From: Raillietiella orientalis
Lineage: Eukaryota
Length of the DNA: 64,000 nt
Direction of reading: 5' to 3'
Assembly (NCBI GenBank): GCA_036172245.1
Contig: JAYWIR010000077.1
Coordinates: forward strand, 124,001 to 188,000
Shown here: one piece after another, positions 1 to 13,299 of the stretch
How the letters are laid out: each line of letters starts with the position of its first letter
Numbering within the stretch: the first letter of the stretch is position 1
Notes under the pieces: model-generated
What the model saw: only the letters and a program-made list of their open reading frames with translations
What the model was told of the DNA's origin: nothing
The model's database searches: none
Translations under genes and position numbers: made by a program

Positions 1-1106
1 AGAAATTATGAAAGATGATGGAAAACGAATAAATGAGTCAATGCACAACATGAAAAAAAGACTTCCCGGCAAGACTTTATAATACAGAATTTTAATTACG
101 AACGATTGTATAAAATCATCCTGCTTTCGCATTTTTTGAAGTATGTGCGTTAAAAGAACTTCTAATAGAATCGCATATCCTGAGAGAGAGAAACACAGCC
201 CAGGTCAAATAATGGCTTACAATCTATCAAAAAAGCTATGTATATCATTGGCGAACACACAAAAAATTGGTTTGATACGATAAACATATGCTTATATCCT
301 TTCTTTGCTCCATTTATTTTTACATACTATAAGTACCAGAATAGATATTCACTTACAATTCATTTACAACTATCTATTCGACAATAAAGTACCTAATATC
401 CGTCTAAACTCGATCAGCCGCCATAATATCCATTGCTTTATTTCCTATTATTCGTTTCAAATCATTCCAAACTATCATTACCCATGCCCATAAAGTTATT
501 CAAGTCATTGAGATTCGAAGCCTGAGAAGTCCTCTATTGGAATGTGCTAAAGTATGGCAATGATTGCATCCAGCTCAGCATTTATTTCAGCAGCCTCCAG
601 TCAAGATTCATGACATAATTCATGATAAGTTCGAATTTCGTATTTCATCTTAAATAAAGAAAAAGAAGCCGCATGAGATTATTCATCACGAATTTACCAT
701 AAAATCGATTTATATTTCTCAATTCTCCAATACCTCCACAAATAGAGAATTTTAGGAATAACTGCTGCTTTTAATTATATGCGGTCCATCAGATAGTCTA
801 TTATATGTAATGCAACCCTGGTGTTGGTTGATAGCTTGATTTCCGCCAATGAGCTCCTCTCTGAAACAAATTTCATCCTAAAAGCCAAATTGCAAGAGCA
901 TGAGACAAAGATCAAGAGTTGAGTTGTCATGGATTCTTCTAGCTTCTGTGAGACGTATTTATCAATGTAAAAGACACGTGTATTACATAAACATACATTC
1001 AGTATGTGTCTAATGAGAATGTAGTTAAATAAATGAAATTCACCTTGAAGCTTGTTGGAACTAGGAAAAATCGAGGCACTACGATTATGTGTTTAGTTAG
1101 TTTAAC

Positions 1107-1140
1107 ACTCGCCGTGGGGTTATTTAACCCCACGGCGAGT
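1107..1140. repeat. Perfect 16-bp-arm inverted repeat (hairpin), possibly fused termini of a piggyBac-like MITE
   Basis: ACTCGCCGTGGGGTTA-TT-TAACCCCACGGCGAGT, preceded by TTAAC. The palindrome is seen directly; the MITE interpretation is inference. Confidence 0.8.
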
Positions 1141-2499
1141 TTCACAGGAGAGGAGCAATTCCTATGAACCATTCTTCTTACCAACCTTCTTACCAGCACT
1201 CCAAAAAGACAAAAACAAATGCATATAAGAAAGTTGGGAGGATTCTCCTCTGGTTTCTCACTCCTGGGCAATGTTCATTATAGTGAGCTACCACTTGGAA
1301 GAAATTGCCAGTAACATGTACCACTGTTGAACGTCATATATCCTCTTCCGATCGGAATTCTTTGGTAGAGGAAGAACTTCATCGGCGTTCGGTTTCCTGA
1401 AGGACCATGATGGCTGTTCCGAAGATTCTTTCAAGGCGTGCACAAACAGGCAAGTTAAAGAAATGGAGCACTCTTCAGCTTTCCACAAAAAAAAGGCAGC
1501 GTGCCGCTGGTAACGAAGCATTCAACCGAAAGCTGCTTTCCTTTCTCTCCAGGGATTCTTCTCAGACTGAAAAAATGGAAGACTTAAGAAACAGCAAGTA
1601 TTCAGTCGTGATTCCGCAAAACAGAGGATTAATAATAAAATATAATGAATAACTTTGAAGCCTCAATTTGTGATGAATCTGAGGACCGTGTTGCAAATTA
1701 TTTACAACCATCTTACATGCTAATTAATCCTCGATGCGGATAGTAATTAGCACGGTTATATATATTGAATTGTACGATGCATGCACAATATATGGTATTC
1801 CCATTAGTACAAACCAATTTAAGGTCTTGAGAGCGAATCACAGGTAGACCTCTGAAAAGAGATTACTGTAGTATTTAAGCAATGTGTTTTGTTTGTTTGG
1901 TTCATTACATTCAGAAATCTCAGTACGATTTGAAAAGCTCTTAGAGAAAACTCGTGATAAGCACGTGAAAAAAAAAACAATCGAGGGGATTAAGGGAAGA
2001 ATATTTGAAATGTACTGATGAAATTACAAATTCATCTTTTCATATGCGTTGTTCACATGCGTATGCGCTGTTCGTTCCTCCTATTCTAGTTGCTGTTTGT
2101 TTCCCATAAAATAGAGCTTTAGACTTACATTTATATCATTGACATTATGCATTGGATTAGCAGAACCCTGCTTTCGAGATTAAATGGCTGCGGCGACTTT
2201 AAAGTACATCAGTTTGGCATCTTATCATCTCAGATTGCCTTCAGTTTCACATAAGATTTACGTGATGAGCGTTGTCTTCCTGAACCATAATCCAGCAAAA
2301 ATCCAAATACAAATTTTTTATAAGTCAGTCGTCCGAATAAAGACAGCAGAGTTTCTTATTGAAGCTTTATTATCCCCCTGTTATATGAAGCAACGCATTT
2401 TAATTCCATTTTTCTGAACAAATAACCTAAAATTGAATTTTTGGATGGCACATTTGTTTTTATGTGTTAAAGCACACTTCCAGTGTTACAGGCGGACTT

Positions 2500-4000
2500 T
2501 TTAGTTTTGCATTTGAAACGAAGGCATCACTCTAGCTAAGAAAATAAACTGATGGCATCTGAACTTTATTAGGGTCTGATAGGAGCATAAGAGTGTTCTT
2601 TAGTCTGAAATTCTGTGAATGAATGTTACTGGGGAAGGTCTTTCTTGCAATGTTTCCGTATTGGTGCTAGTGAGAAATTAGGATTTGTTTGCGTCTCTCA
2701 GATCAGATCATGAAGCTTGGTTAATACCAAAGAAGAGGAGCCTTGATCATGACGTCTCTACTGAGAATACCAGAAACCTGTCAGCACTCTTTTCAGATTC
2801 TTTATTCCTTCCTTCAGGGTACAACTTGCGAAGCAAGTGTAAGAACACTTGAATAGCGATTTTAAAAATCGTGCTTTTTCTTATTCTTTGACAATACTGT
2901 CTTTTTGTGTTCACAGCTGATTGAATGTTTATTGGATTTCTACTTTTCCAGATATATTTTTCTTCCATATTTTGCGCAGTTTTTTTCATTCCTCCTTTTT
3001 AAGGTACTTAAAGGGTACAGAAGCATAAACAGATACTCCACAGATTATGGCAATACCGGTAAGTTCCTATTCAGGAACCCATGTAATTCTTAGAGAACAG
3101 TTCAAATATTGCAGAAGTCTTTGATTTCATTTTTTTAAATACAATTTGAAATGTAGCATTTTCTAGCTATTCGTGGATAGATTTTTCCTTCTTATGAGTA
3201 GAATGAAGTTCTTGCGAAAACATGAAGTTCCATTTAATAGGAAACATAACTTTTCGTCGAGCAGAACAAAGGTTTATTAAAATCTCCGTTGGTGCTCAGC
3301 GGATCTTATCGTGAACTTCACCTAAATCATAACGAAGTCGATATCACTCTGAATCGGCGTTATTCAAGATCTGAAGACTGTTCGGCTTTTCCGAAAGTGG
3401 CTGATTTCGTGGAGAAGTGAGATTGGGTGCTATGTCGGGACTCTGGCTGCTGCCTGAGCAGCGTGTTAAGAGCAGCGGTCGTTGCGGTTCACATTCCGAA
3501 AGAACCGTAAGAACGTCCAGAGTCCCGACATGTTAGCTGGAACGAAAGAAGTCATCAGCTTCATTCACCTCTCCGTCCTTTATGTTTTGGTCTATTGGAA
3601 CAGTTCGGAATAGAGCAGCTTCTGTTATTCGTTTTAGAATTACCTCGTTATAATGTGGAGTATGGTGGTAGAATGTTTGTTTTATTATTTTCATCTGAAT
3701 GTGGATTTATTGTTTATTGAAGATTGGGGGTTATATAGTGGGAGTGAAGAGTTTGTTTGTAATGTATGTGATTACATGAAAACAGCAGCACATCTTGTTT
3801 CCACTTCAAGGGGAATGATGCTTTTAAAATGGCCAGTGTGGCAGTATCTTAAGTGCGAAAGGTCTTGCCTTTCGTACTAGTGAGTTCGTTTTACAATCTT
3901 CATCTTTCCATGACCTCTTCATCCTCACAACCCTGTTATTCATGCTACTCTCTCTGGAGCTGCCAACTCTAAAAGGAACCTTAAATTGCCAAAGATATTG
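2500..4000 (-). mobile_element. Degenerate 5' part of a LINE (gag-like ORF1 zinc knuckle plus start of APE endonuclease), I/Jockey-like
   Basis: Minus-strand translation gives LRYCHTGHFKSIIPLEVETRCAA (~3850-3785, decayed CCHC knuckle). Frameshifted RLLQYLNCSL / ELHGFLNRNLPVL / AIICG (~3120-3040) resembles the endonuclease N-terminus. Many stops. Confidence 0.4.
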
Positions 4001-6671
4001 ATGACCACTCCTTTTCTTTCACTCTATTCAGTCTGAATTTCACGTCTGCTTCCTTTGTCACTGCACCCCACCAACTCTAATAAGAATCCTTTACCCGAAC
4101 ACCAAAGTTTTGCTCCTTTATCCTCCAAATGTTCTTCATTCTTGGTCTGCTTCAACGTTTTCTGTGCTTCGCCTCACTACACTTAAATGACTTCAATGAA
4201 TCATAGGAGCATGAATCTCCAATGAATTTGATCGTTGGAGTCGAATGATGGTGTTGCCATCAGTACCAACTGATCAACTGAATCTCGAATCTCGACCAAA
4301 CATCGAGACGGCAAGAGACTTCAGAAAAATGAAGTGGAAGTAAAAAGTGCATGAAAATAATTGATTACAAGTTTCAAGAGTGGAAGTATGCGAACAGGGA
4401 AAAATTCCTACGAGGTTATGCGAAGCTTTAAGTGTTTAAGGAACTGAATGCAAAATCTGGATAGATGATGAATAGATGGATTTAGAGTGACTTGAAGTAC
4501 AGAGCTGAACCCTCTTCGAGACATCGCAAAATGGAGTCCGATTATGAACTATCAAGAGTTAGGTGTTTCCATCATACTTTAGAAACTGCATGCTGGAAAA
4601 CTGGAAGATAGAACATTCTCAAAGTTTTGCTGTTTTTAAAATTTCCCTTTGCAGCATGGAAAGTATTCTGGGGATGATGAACAGTTTTGTTCTGATTTCC
4701 GTGATCTGAGTACGGAGAAAAGGACCGTCACTAGATTCCAGAGGAAAGATGCTTCCTCAATAATGGGAGGACATTGAGAGCATTTTTATGACATTTTTGT
4801 AACATCTCAGATGAATGAATTCAATTTTCAATTTAGGGAAGCTTGATCAGGAACTGAGGAAAAAAATGCGCACCTCCAATTCGCTTTTCGACAAGAACGT
4901 TTGAAAGACTTGTTTTTTAAAAAAAAATGTTTTTAAAAAAAAAGAAGAGGTATTGGAGGAATTAAAAGCAAACCAGCTGGAAAAATTTTCGCAACTTATG
5001 TGTAAACTAACGATGATGGAGTCATGATGATGATTCAGCAATTTAGAATAGTTGGGAATTAGATAAGTGTATACAAAGTATTTAAAACATGAAACTGATC
5101 GTATAGAGAAAAAAAAAAATCCTCTTGAAAATAAATTCGATGCGATCCGTGGCACTAACGGAACTTCCATGTCAGTTTCGGTCACTCATTTTTCAATATT
5201 TTCTTCGTTTTTATTGAAGCAGCCCACACAACAGTCGAAGAAGTTCAAAAGTAACTAAGATACCAGCATTCATATTACAATATTGCTCAGTCATCGAAAG
5301 TAATGAAAATATTACATCCATTGATTTTTTGCATATGATCTACGAAATTTAAAAAATGAAGCTGATTTTTGATGAGTATCTCTTGAATTTATTAGAGGAT
5401 GAATTGCCATCAACAAAACATCCAAACCAGAAACAATCCAAATTAGAAACAGTCCTCGAATGACATATCGGGTAGATCTGAAAAATAGAACTGAAAAAAT
5501 GATGATCCCATTCTTCCCGCCTCACTCTTCGGAAAAAATATGTTCATATCCATATTCAAAGGCCAAATTCACAGACATCATCTACGATTCTAAAAGAAGC
5601 GTTCTTCAGCACAGTGGATTCGTTCAACCCACATCCAGGCAAAAGAGGGAGGAAATCGGGAAGATTAGGAGCACTGGTCGAACACCAAAGTTTTTCCAAG
5701 ACTTGCCATTTTCCTTCTATTTCGAAATACCATATTTTTGTGTGTAATAATGCAGCTCTATTCTATGGTTGTTATCGGCCATAAACTTGTCCATAATTTG
5801 TCGGCGTGAATATTGAAGAAGCAATCACTGCTAAATCGTTTGACTTGGCTGATTTTCATGGGTTGGTTTCATGAAAAAACGTTTCTGGAATTCTGCAAGT
5901 TGAAGCTAAGGTTTCCACAATCATAAGAGCATCTAGTCGAATTAGAAGAGTTAATGTCAAAACAGAAAGTGCTGCAAAAACACTGATCACAATAGTATTA
6001 CATTTAAACTCGATTCGAATTAGAACGAAGAGTTTGAGTATCAGATATTTTGACAGTTTCAGATACGAAGCCGTTTCGAGTCAGTCAATTCAAAGGCTCA
6101 AATTTGAGCAATCAGCTTTAGTAATTGAAATGTGAGGGTTTTTTTTCTGGATCATTCTTAGTTGTATCATGAAAGACCCTATTTGATCTTCTGAAGCACT
6201 TCTCAGACTCGTTGTGTGAAGTTGTTTCTCAGCCTTGAGAAATTTGAGAAAGCCTTTTTTGTTTGTTTTCTTTCTAGTGACTTTTAAACTCGTCAGGCTG
6301 AAGGATCATGAGATGCGAGACCAATGCAGATTTTCCGTGTGTTCTGAAAGCCAAGTGGATGTCTTGAAGTTCATGAATCTCCATTTTTCTTGAGCCATCA
6401 AGAGCCACGCCACCAAGGGTCAATTCGTCTATGCGTTTTTTCGTTCGATCCTAGCAGAAAGACGGAGAAGCCATTAAACATTAATGGGCAAAAAAGCTAT
6501 GTGACTGAACCCTAAGGCATGACCGCTCTAAGCAAAACGTAGCTTTGTATTTGTTACGGGACCTAAACTTCCATTATGGTTCCTTCAATGTGAAACATGA
6601 ATAGAAAAATAAGTGTTTGGCTCGAATGGATACCATGGATCAAAGAAAGAATACGTCAACACAAAATGCTT

Positions 6672-7010
6672 CGAGCGCGACCCGCGTCGGAGGCCGTGAG
6701 GTCTCCGCGCTAAGCGTCGCGGGTTCGAATACCTAGAAAATGGGCGTGGGTCCGAGTTCTCTCCCTTCCTGCAAGATGTATAACGCTGGTTGGCCCTATA
6801 TTCGGGTGCAGAGCGGGTAGCCGTTAAAACCGGAGGCCCCCGGTGAGTGGCCGGGACGATAGGGGAGTCCACCCTCCGGGGTCATGTGGAACTTGGGGAA
6901 TTTGGCGATGTTACTGTGAAAAGATGAAAGACGTGGCAAGGGGGAAGACCCTTTTAAAAGAAAAGAATACGTCATTTTTGGAAAAAGGTACTTTTAAAAA
7001 TAAAAAGGGG
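6672..7010 (+). mobile_element. tRNA-derived SINE, uninterrupted short copy
   Basis: A-box-like GCGACCCGCGTCGG and B box GGTTCGAATACC (6722-6733). The head matches 25611-25683 and the body (GCAAGAT..GCTGGTTGGCCCTATATTCGGGTGC..TGGCCGGGA) matches 32310-32440. A-rich 3' end. Confidence 0.7.
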
Positions 7011-10000
7011 GGCGAGGCAATTGCGTAGTTTGCATACACCAAATGCGTAATTCGAGTCATTAACTTGTAAATGCCCTATTTTAGCCTAATCATTGATTTC
7101 GGAGCATTTGCATATATATCTTATGCATTCCATGAATAAGCAGAGCATTTCGAGTGATGCTTGTTTTTTTTTTTTTTTTGGTATCACAAGACTCACCGCT
7201 TTCAAAAAATTCGATCCTGAGTACAAATGCAAAGGCTTTTTCTGCTTTTTCAGTACAGTTCAAAGCATTCCACTATTCTTTCCAACATTTGGGAGTTGAA
7301 TACACTTGTTTAATATCCACTTGCAATAAATAATAATCCCGATTCATTTTTGAAATTCAAAACTTTTGCTTAGGGTTCTGAAGCGGAAAAGCATCAGAAT
7401 TCCATTTTTATTTTTTTTATTTTTTTTTCCAAATTGCAATCATCTTTTCCTTATAAATTTAGGCGGTTTCTGTAACCATGTGAAGACGTCATGGTCGGTT
7501 CTGCCCTTCATCTTGCAATTTGTATTCTTTATGTAGAAATGGCAAACCTCAAGTCAAACCTTGGCTGTTGATTTTGATCTTTATAGAGCAAATCTCTTGC
7601 TCTAAACGAGCAAGCGTTGTAAAAGCTCATTTTGTCTTTAAAAAAAAAAAAAGTGAACCTCAAGGTTTCCCCGTCGAAATCGGAATGCCTTCCAGGTCGT
7701 CATGCTTAACATTCAAAGATGGCAACTATCCAAAGGAAGGAGTTATGTTTTGGAAATATAAAATGCCGTGTAATAACAAAACTTTAGTTTCTCATCATTT
7801 ACTGATTCCTTCTTGAAAACACGTTTCATCATACACATGAAGAAGAGACATTTAGATGACTGACATTTACACAAAAGACACAAACACACAATTGAGTTGG
7901 GGCTCTGAAGAGGAAAATGCAATTTTGGACTGCAAAAAAATAAAAATAAATAAATGGAAAAATAGGAACATTTCTCATCAGAAGTTGTAAAAAAAGAAAC
8001 GTGTTCTAAGTTGCCTGTTTTATTCATGTTCTTCTGATAAGGGTAAGAAAAGTCTGAATTCATTCTTCTTTCCTTATTGTTCTTTTAGAATCATTTCAAT
8101 GTAAGAATTTGGTATCAGATACATATTTACAATATACACCGAGACCTGCAGATCACAAAGAAATACAAAATGATGAAGTGAACAGCCATTTTCAGTGAAA
8201 AATACAGAAGTCATGAATTAATCAAGGCATGCATTTAGTGATAAACATTATGGAAAATAAAAACGCAAGCATTTGTTGCGATTCACTCAGTATTTTTAAA
8301 AGCATGGAATATGCTTTACTGAAAAGCTTGCTTTTAAGAATGGTTATTACAGACTCCATCATTCGAAATTTTGCTGAATTTTTGTTTTTTTTGTTTAATG
8401 CTTAGCAGTCACTTGAGTAATATGAAGGCACACTATAATCGTCATAAATTTTAAAGCATTGTATCCAGTAAATGTCCTAGACTTTTACTGCCTCATAGTT
8501 GGAAGTTTAGAGAAGTTAAGAGATCCTAGCACGTTTCAATTTTCCCACAGAATCCCTTGAAATTTTTCGTGTTTCATTTTGTTTTGGGAACACTGAATTT
8601 TTTCTTTTCTAAGGTGAAAAATGCACCACTTTGAAGTTCTAAACAGAGCCTTGGACATTTGCAAGATCGTCCGATGTTTAACTTAAGGGTGGATTTTTTG
8701 CTACGAAAGTTGAAGCGTCCACTAGCTGATGGGCAAAAAAGACATTTGACCCAACTCCACAAGACTGCTGCCCAACAAAATGGATGAAATGAAGAGCTAC
8801 ACTTGAAAAATGCATTTACAGCGTAGATTCGGAATTATCCCTGTCCCCCCCTCTGGCAACAGGAGTTTGCATGAACTTGCAAACGTACTTATTCAGTATC
8901 TGTTTCATAGTCAATGCAAATGGGAATGAGGAATTTTTCGTGGGAAGAGCTGCCAACATATGCAAGGAAAATTTACTGAAAGGAGACCTTCGAGTTGTAC
9001 GGATTCGTAAACGTCGGCCCCCATCTTCGAAACTCCGATTATTATTTTTTAAATCTGCATCCAATTAGAGCAACGTGAAAGCAATTTAGGAATGACTAAA
9101 TGCAAAACTGCGTGTCGGGATTCTTTCGTCGATTTTCATCATCTTCTTCTAATAGGTATTGTGAAATAATGGCGAGAATTCTTCATGCTTTCAATTTCAA
9201 GAATTAACGTAAAATCAGCTGCTCTCAGTAATCCAAACTTCCCTAAGAACGTTAGGAGGATTAAAGTGTTTCCTCTGAATCACCTCAATATCAAATTGTG
9301 TTCGTCTTTATCTGTTTAATGATGATGTGCGCGAATGATCATTCTACTTTAAACATTTAGAAAAAGACGGACAACAGTATGCAATGAAGCATGCCAGCAT
9401 AGAAATTGTGGATTGGATAGCAAGAACGTTGGACATAGTATTCTAAAACGGAATAGAGTTGAAAGTGACTACAACAACACTATCAACATTAAAGCAAAAC
9501 TAAAAGCTAGAATACTGTTATCATTATTACCAAATGGATGAATCTAGGTGTAGATAATATACACAGCAAGCCAGGAAACGTTCTGTCGTAGCAAAAAGGC
9601 CAACTAGAAGCAAGAGGTCATCCTCAACAAGTGAACATTCAATTTAGATTATCAAAACAATAACTAATCTGCTCATACCGATGAAAACAGAAATCATCGG
9701 GAAATCAACTTCAGGATGTGCTCTTCTGCAGCAGAGGAAATGTAGAACTGTTACTCACAGATGGTGGGCATCGGACTCCAGCTTTGAATTTCGCCAGTCG
9801 TTTCAGCATCCCAAATCTTCCATGGTCATCCATGCCGTCGTGTTTTGAAGTCGTTCCTTGGTATCAATGAGAGGTGCAACTTGTGTAGGGTCCGGGAGAA
9901 TTGATTCATTCATTTGTGGCTTTTCATATTAACTGCTCCGATGCCCAGGTTTCGGAGAGAACGTAATACTAAGGTGTGCTCTCTAAAGTATTCAGCAAAG

Positions 10001-10299
10001 TTTATAATGTATTTAAAGATGCTTCGAGAGATGAACGAATGAGTCAGCTAAAATTTCGTCTCAGTGTGAGGCTCTAGAACTCTCCCAAGTACAATTTCGA
10101 ATTTTCTCGAATGAGTAATATCGCTGGGATTATTATATTCTAGCGAAGTCTTCGCAAAAATGTTTTCCTCTCTAGTAGACATGCATTTGTGAGCTTTGCG
10201 TCTGCTGCAATTTTTCTGAAGTTTCCTACACTACTGACTATCTAGTACCAACAGACTAAAGTAAACAAAACATGAAATAAAATGTAAATAAAGTATACT

Positions 10300-10900
10300 A
10301 TGAGACTTTAAGAATAATAATCCAATAATAATAAGTTTATTTACGATTAGTATCTAATTGCAGTCACGGAGACGAAGGCAAATTCTTTCCCTTTTGTTCA
10401 TTTTTGAGGAAACTGATTTTAAGCCGTTGCGGAGTAACTACCAGCATGGAAACGTGCCAAAACGGCACGTGTTGAGGAGCGCTTGTATGACCGATAGCCA
10501 ATGACCAGTGTGGGGGTTCCGTGATTCAGAAACGGATTCCAGCAGCAGTCATCTCCCTCCTCCTCCTTCGGTGTAGCCTGGCGTCCGGTGGGAAGGCTCA
10601 TACGAGCCTCTGCCTCTAACTCCTCCTTCACGGATTCCTCTTCTTCGTTCCTTGCACATTCCTTTGCTCCATGGGAACGTTCCTTCCGGAACGGTGAACT
10701 CCCCTTTCGCCGGTTCCAGGAGGAGGCATGCAGTGAAAAATCTCCCGCTCTTGCTTCCTCTTCCAATCTCGAGCAGAATAGGGGTGTTCTCATGACGGAC
10801 CGACCCGTCCTGCCGCAAGCAAATCCTCTCCCATCCCACCCCCCTGGATCAGTCGCCACTTTCCAACAGGTGGATCCTTTTCTCGTCCTTGCCCCCAGCC
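10300..10900 (-). mobile_element. Gypsy-like 3' remnant: integrase C-terminus, polypurine tract and 3' LTR
   Basis: Frameshifted KDPPVGKW / PGGWDGRG / RQDGSVRH / FCSRL, then purine tract GAAGGAGGAGGAGGGAGA (~10569-10552). TG follows immediately at 10551, with AATAAA and a CA end near 10301. Confidence 0.45.
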
Positions 10901-13299
10901 ATGGAGAGATTTTTTATTTTAGAGATGCTTGTAATGAGCATTAACGTGAGAGCAGAGGGGGAAAAAGGAAATTTTTCTAGCCGCAAAATTTCTCCCTTGT
11001 TTGTTTTTCAGTTATGTGAATTTATGTGAATTCAGCTCCTTCATTGAAAATGCTCTCATTTCGTTACTAAGATGTTGATACGTTGCATCCTTAAATTTTC
11101 AAGACTTTTGGTGATCCATCTCTTATCGAAAGTGTTACTTAGATTTTATCTTTATTTTCTGAACTTTCTGGATATTCTAAAAATGAAACATTCATTTCAA
11201 CATGATGTTTATGATTATTTTATGATGCATATTGCGAACAAAGTGCCTACGGTCACAGTGCCGATGGTGTAGAAGCTGCCAGTGGTATCAAAGAGCAAGA
11301 GATGGTGGCTTTGAAAATGCAAAAGCGAATGTATGCTTGTGTTATACTCAACAGCAAAGAGAATTTCATAAGAAATGATTTCGTAATAAGCACGAAATTA
11401 CTCATTGATATGCTTAAAAACTTAGTGATTTAGTTGATAACATGTAATACATTGCATAAAGCAAAACAACTAATGAAGCCTCACTTGAACAGTTTGGCAC
11501 AACAACACATACAAACATGTGGATGCAAAGGTACAATAATGATGCCTACTTAACATGCAGTGTAGTAAATTATGCCATAGACTACTCGATAGTCAGATAC
11601 TGGTGCTAGTATTACTACAGACCATGATGTTGTATTTGGACGCCTGTCTTTTACTATAGAGGCAGTTAAACACAAATGACAGATTAACGAACGAACGAAC
11701 GAAGATGCTTTTTCTTCGTTTGCCGATACTTCTTTTTTGTTTCCTTTTATGACTGGTCGGTAAAAAATTCAAGCAGAATTCTTGTTATTTCACAGCCCAG
11801 AAAGGCATTTATCAGTTAAAAAACTCAACTACAGGGGAGAAACTCTTTCCAGAGTCGCTCCTTAATTTAACCTCTGACTTTTTCTGTAGTTCCTCGAAAG
11901 ACGTGTTTTTGAGAGACGGAGACTTAAAACTTTACGTAGCCTTCAGATTCCCTATCTCAGCATTGGAAGATTTCGTGGTGTCGTCAATGCCAAATACGAA
12001 ACACGTATGGTGAGAAAGCCAGTGGACAGTCTGGTCGCCATACTTTAAAATGAGACGACACTGCTGGTTACAGTTATCAACGTGCCAACTTCTGAAGGGG
12101 GGGGGGGGAGCCCATCTTTGAAAGAAGGAAAAAGCTGCTAGACAGACGCGGTAACTCGGAATTACTGCGTTTCAGGAGAGCAAGGAGTACGTGTTCCAGT
12201 TTTCGCATTAGGCACGGTGTTTTTTTGAAGGCATGCAGCCACGCACCACGAGATGCTCGTCATGGTGTTTCTACGTGCGTCATGGTGTGGTTCTAGATGG
12301 CTGTGCAAATCCGTGTTGATCCGAACCAAACCCGAAGAATGATCCTGATGACCACTGCTACCCACACACATACATTCGGAATCACAGTTTGAGGAAATCT
12401 TTGAGCAATGGCCGCGATTTTTTTTTTTTTTTTTTTAGCAGTCCATCTAAAACGTGCTGTGACAGCTCCTCCTCGCGTTCTTTCGTCATTTAGATTTGTG
12501 AGAATCATTGTGTTCCTGCTCTCAAATACAGAATCTGTACCAATAATTTTCATTTGGGAATGCGCTCTTTTCAATGAAATGTATGTGGTGGTGACTGAAA
12601 TGCAATGAAAAGGTTACAGTTCATTCTAGACATTTATATAAAGTTTATGAATTTTGCCTCTGTATTCGGTACAGCATGAGAGCTTTGGAAAGAGCATCGA
12701 CTTCTTACTTTTGTTATCGCGGCGTCAGTATTTTCAGGAAGGTCACGATGGCTGATAAATGCAACAGGATAAACATGCACAATTCTTTGACACTGCTCTT
12801 TAGAAAACTGTTTTTTTTTTTTTTTTTTAATTTCTACTTTTTTCTAATCCAGGAAAGCTTGCAATTAGGAATTGCTGTCTTTTACAGCTTCTTCGTCCTT
12901 TAGTTCTCCACTTCCATAAATCCAGCGTGATTCGATTATAGACACAAGATCACCCTGTAGTTTCGAAGAATCTGAAACCTTCCAGAACTCCTTCCCCCCT
13001 GTGATTTGCATATAATAAATCAACAAAAGAGGAGCTGAGTAACTGAGTCTTTATTTCATCTTGCTGATCCTTACGTGTTCTCAGTCCGTGTCCTAATATA
13101 ATGCTGCTGATATAAAAGGAAACCAAGAACTGCTGATGTGGAGGAAAGAATCTATTTCTCTCTTTCGAGGATTCCTGTTGATTTTTCCGCCCCCATTTTT
13201 GTAACGATACCAATCAGATAACTTGCCTGACAAGAAATTTTTCCAGAAATTTGCTATTCTCCAGAATTTTTCAGGAGGTGATTTTGTTGGTAATATTCA

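Noticed and set aside
11686..11703. (AACG)n tract as a LINE 3' tail
   Set aside because: No supporting upstream coding motifs were recognised.
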